From contig CABQLK010000004.1 in assembly GCA_902465015.1 (NCBI GenBank), positions 5,075 to 69,074 on the forward strand: a stretch of 64,000 bases of DNA, written 5' to 3'. A program made the translations under genes and the position numbers. Positions 63,943-64,000 of this stretch are shown piece by piece (position 1 is the first letter of the stretch; every line of letters begins with the position of its first letter). The notes beneath the pieces are model-generated. The model had not been told where the DNA came from. It worked only from the letters and a program-made list of their open reading frames with translations, and did no database searches. Source of the stretch: an uncultured Collinsella sp. (GTDB lineage: Bacteria > Actinomycetota > Coriobacteriia > Coriobacteriales > Coriobacteriaceae).

Positions 63943-64000
63943 GCAAGAGTGTAGCACACCGTTGCCGCAGGCAATGGCACAACACAAGCGTTCGACACGA

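Noticed and set aside
63625-63954. 109-aa plus-strand ORF near the window end.
   Set aside because: It lies entirely inside the RNase P RNA gene on the opposite strand and has a Pro/Arg/Ala-rich nonsense composition.

Overview
High-GC chromosomal segment, and gene content suggests an anaerobic actinobacterium of the Coriobacteriia/Eggerthellaceae type (inference only). I call 53 protein genes, 4 tRNAs including tRNA-Sec, and RNase P RNA; almost everything between 2.8 kb and 55 kb is on the minus strand. The dominant theme is selenium, molybdenum and formate metabolism. (1) A 15-gene Hyf-type formate hydrogenlyase operon, hydN-fdhF-hyfABCDEFGHIJ-hycI-focA (23.9-39.3 kb), whose fdhF carries an in-frame TGA (Sec) that splits the ORF track. 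(2) An orphan cytoplasmic molybdopterin oxidoreductase followed by selA, selB and selC, then mobA and a Cys-rich DUF3343 fusion (16.8-23.7 kb). (3) selD, itself a TGA-recoded selenoprotein that the ORF track truncates, followed by yedF, DUF3343 and a short class-V lyase (42.7-45.8 kb). (4) A YgfM/XdhD-like FAD plus fused 2Fe-2S/Moco hydroxylase (11.2-15.0 kb). (5) modABC, mog and moeA (49.9-55.3 kb). (6) An activase with two paralogous double-cubane/2-hydroxyacyl-CoA-dehydratase-like genes (45.9-49.4 kb). Housekeeping genes (folC, valS, clpX, clpP, tig, gdhA, xpt, metY, arfB, rnpB) fill the rest. The best candidate for an undescribed system is the combined selenium-trafficking and molybdoenzyme gene set, meaning a labile-selenium cofactor trait and the orphan MopB enzyme apparently co-transcribed with selAB-selC. 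The intergenic space also holds structure that the genes do not explain. There is a ~70-85 nt REP-like hairpin family (5.5 copies), a 160-nt MITE-like palindromic element (2 copies, each beside a hairpin), and a set of ~100-115 nt long hairpins (5 copies). There is also a motif shared by the modA and hydN-fdhF upstream regions, and a DinJ/PIN toxin-antitoxin islet next to tRNA genes. All calls come from reading the sequence and from recalled family signatures; no searches were run. Hairpin and RNA ends are approximate to a few nt.
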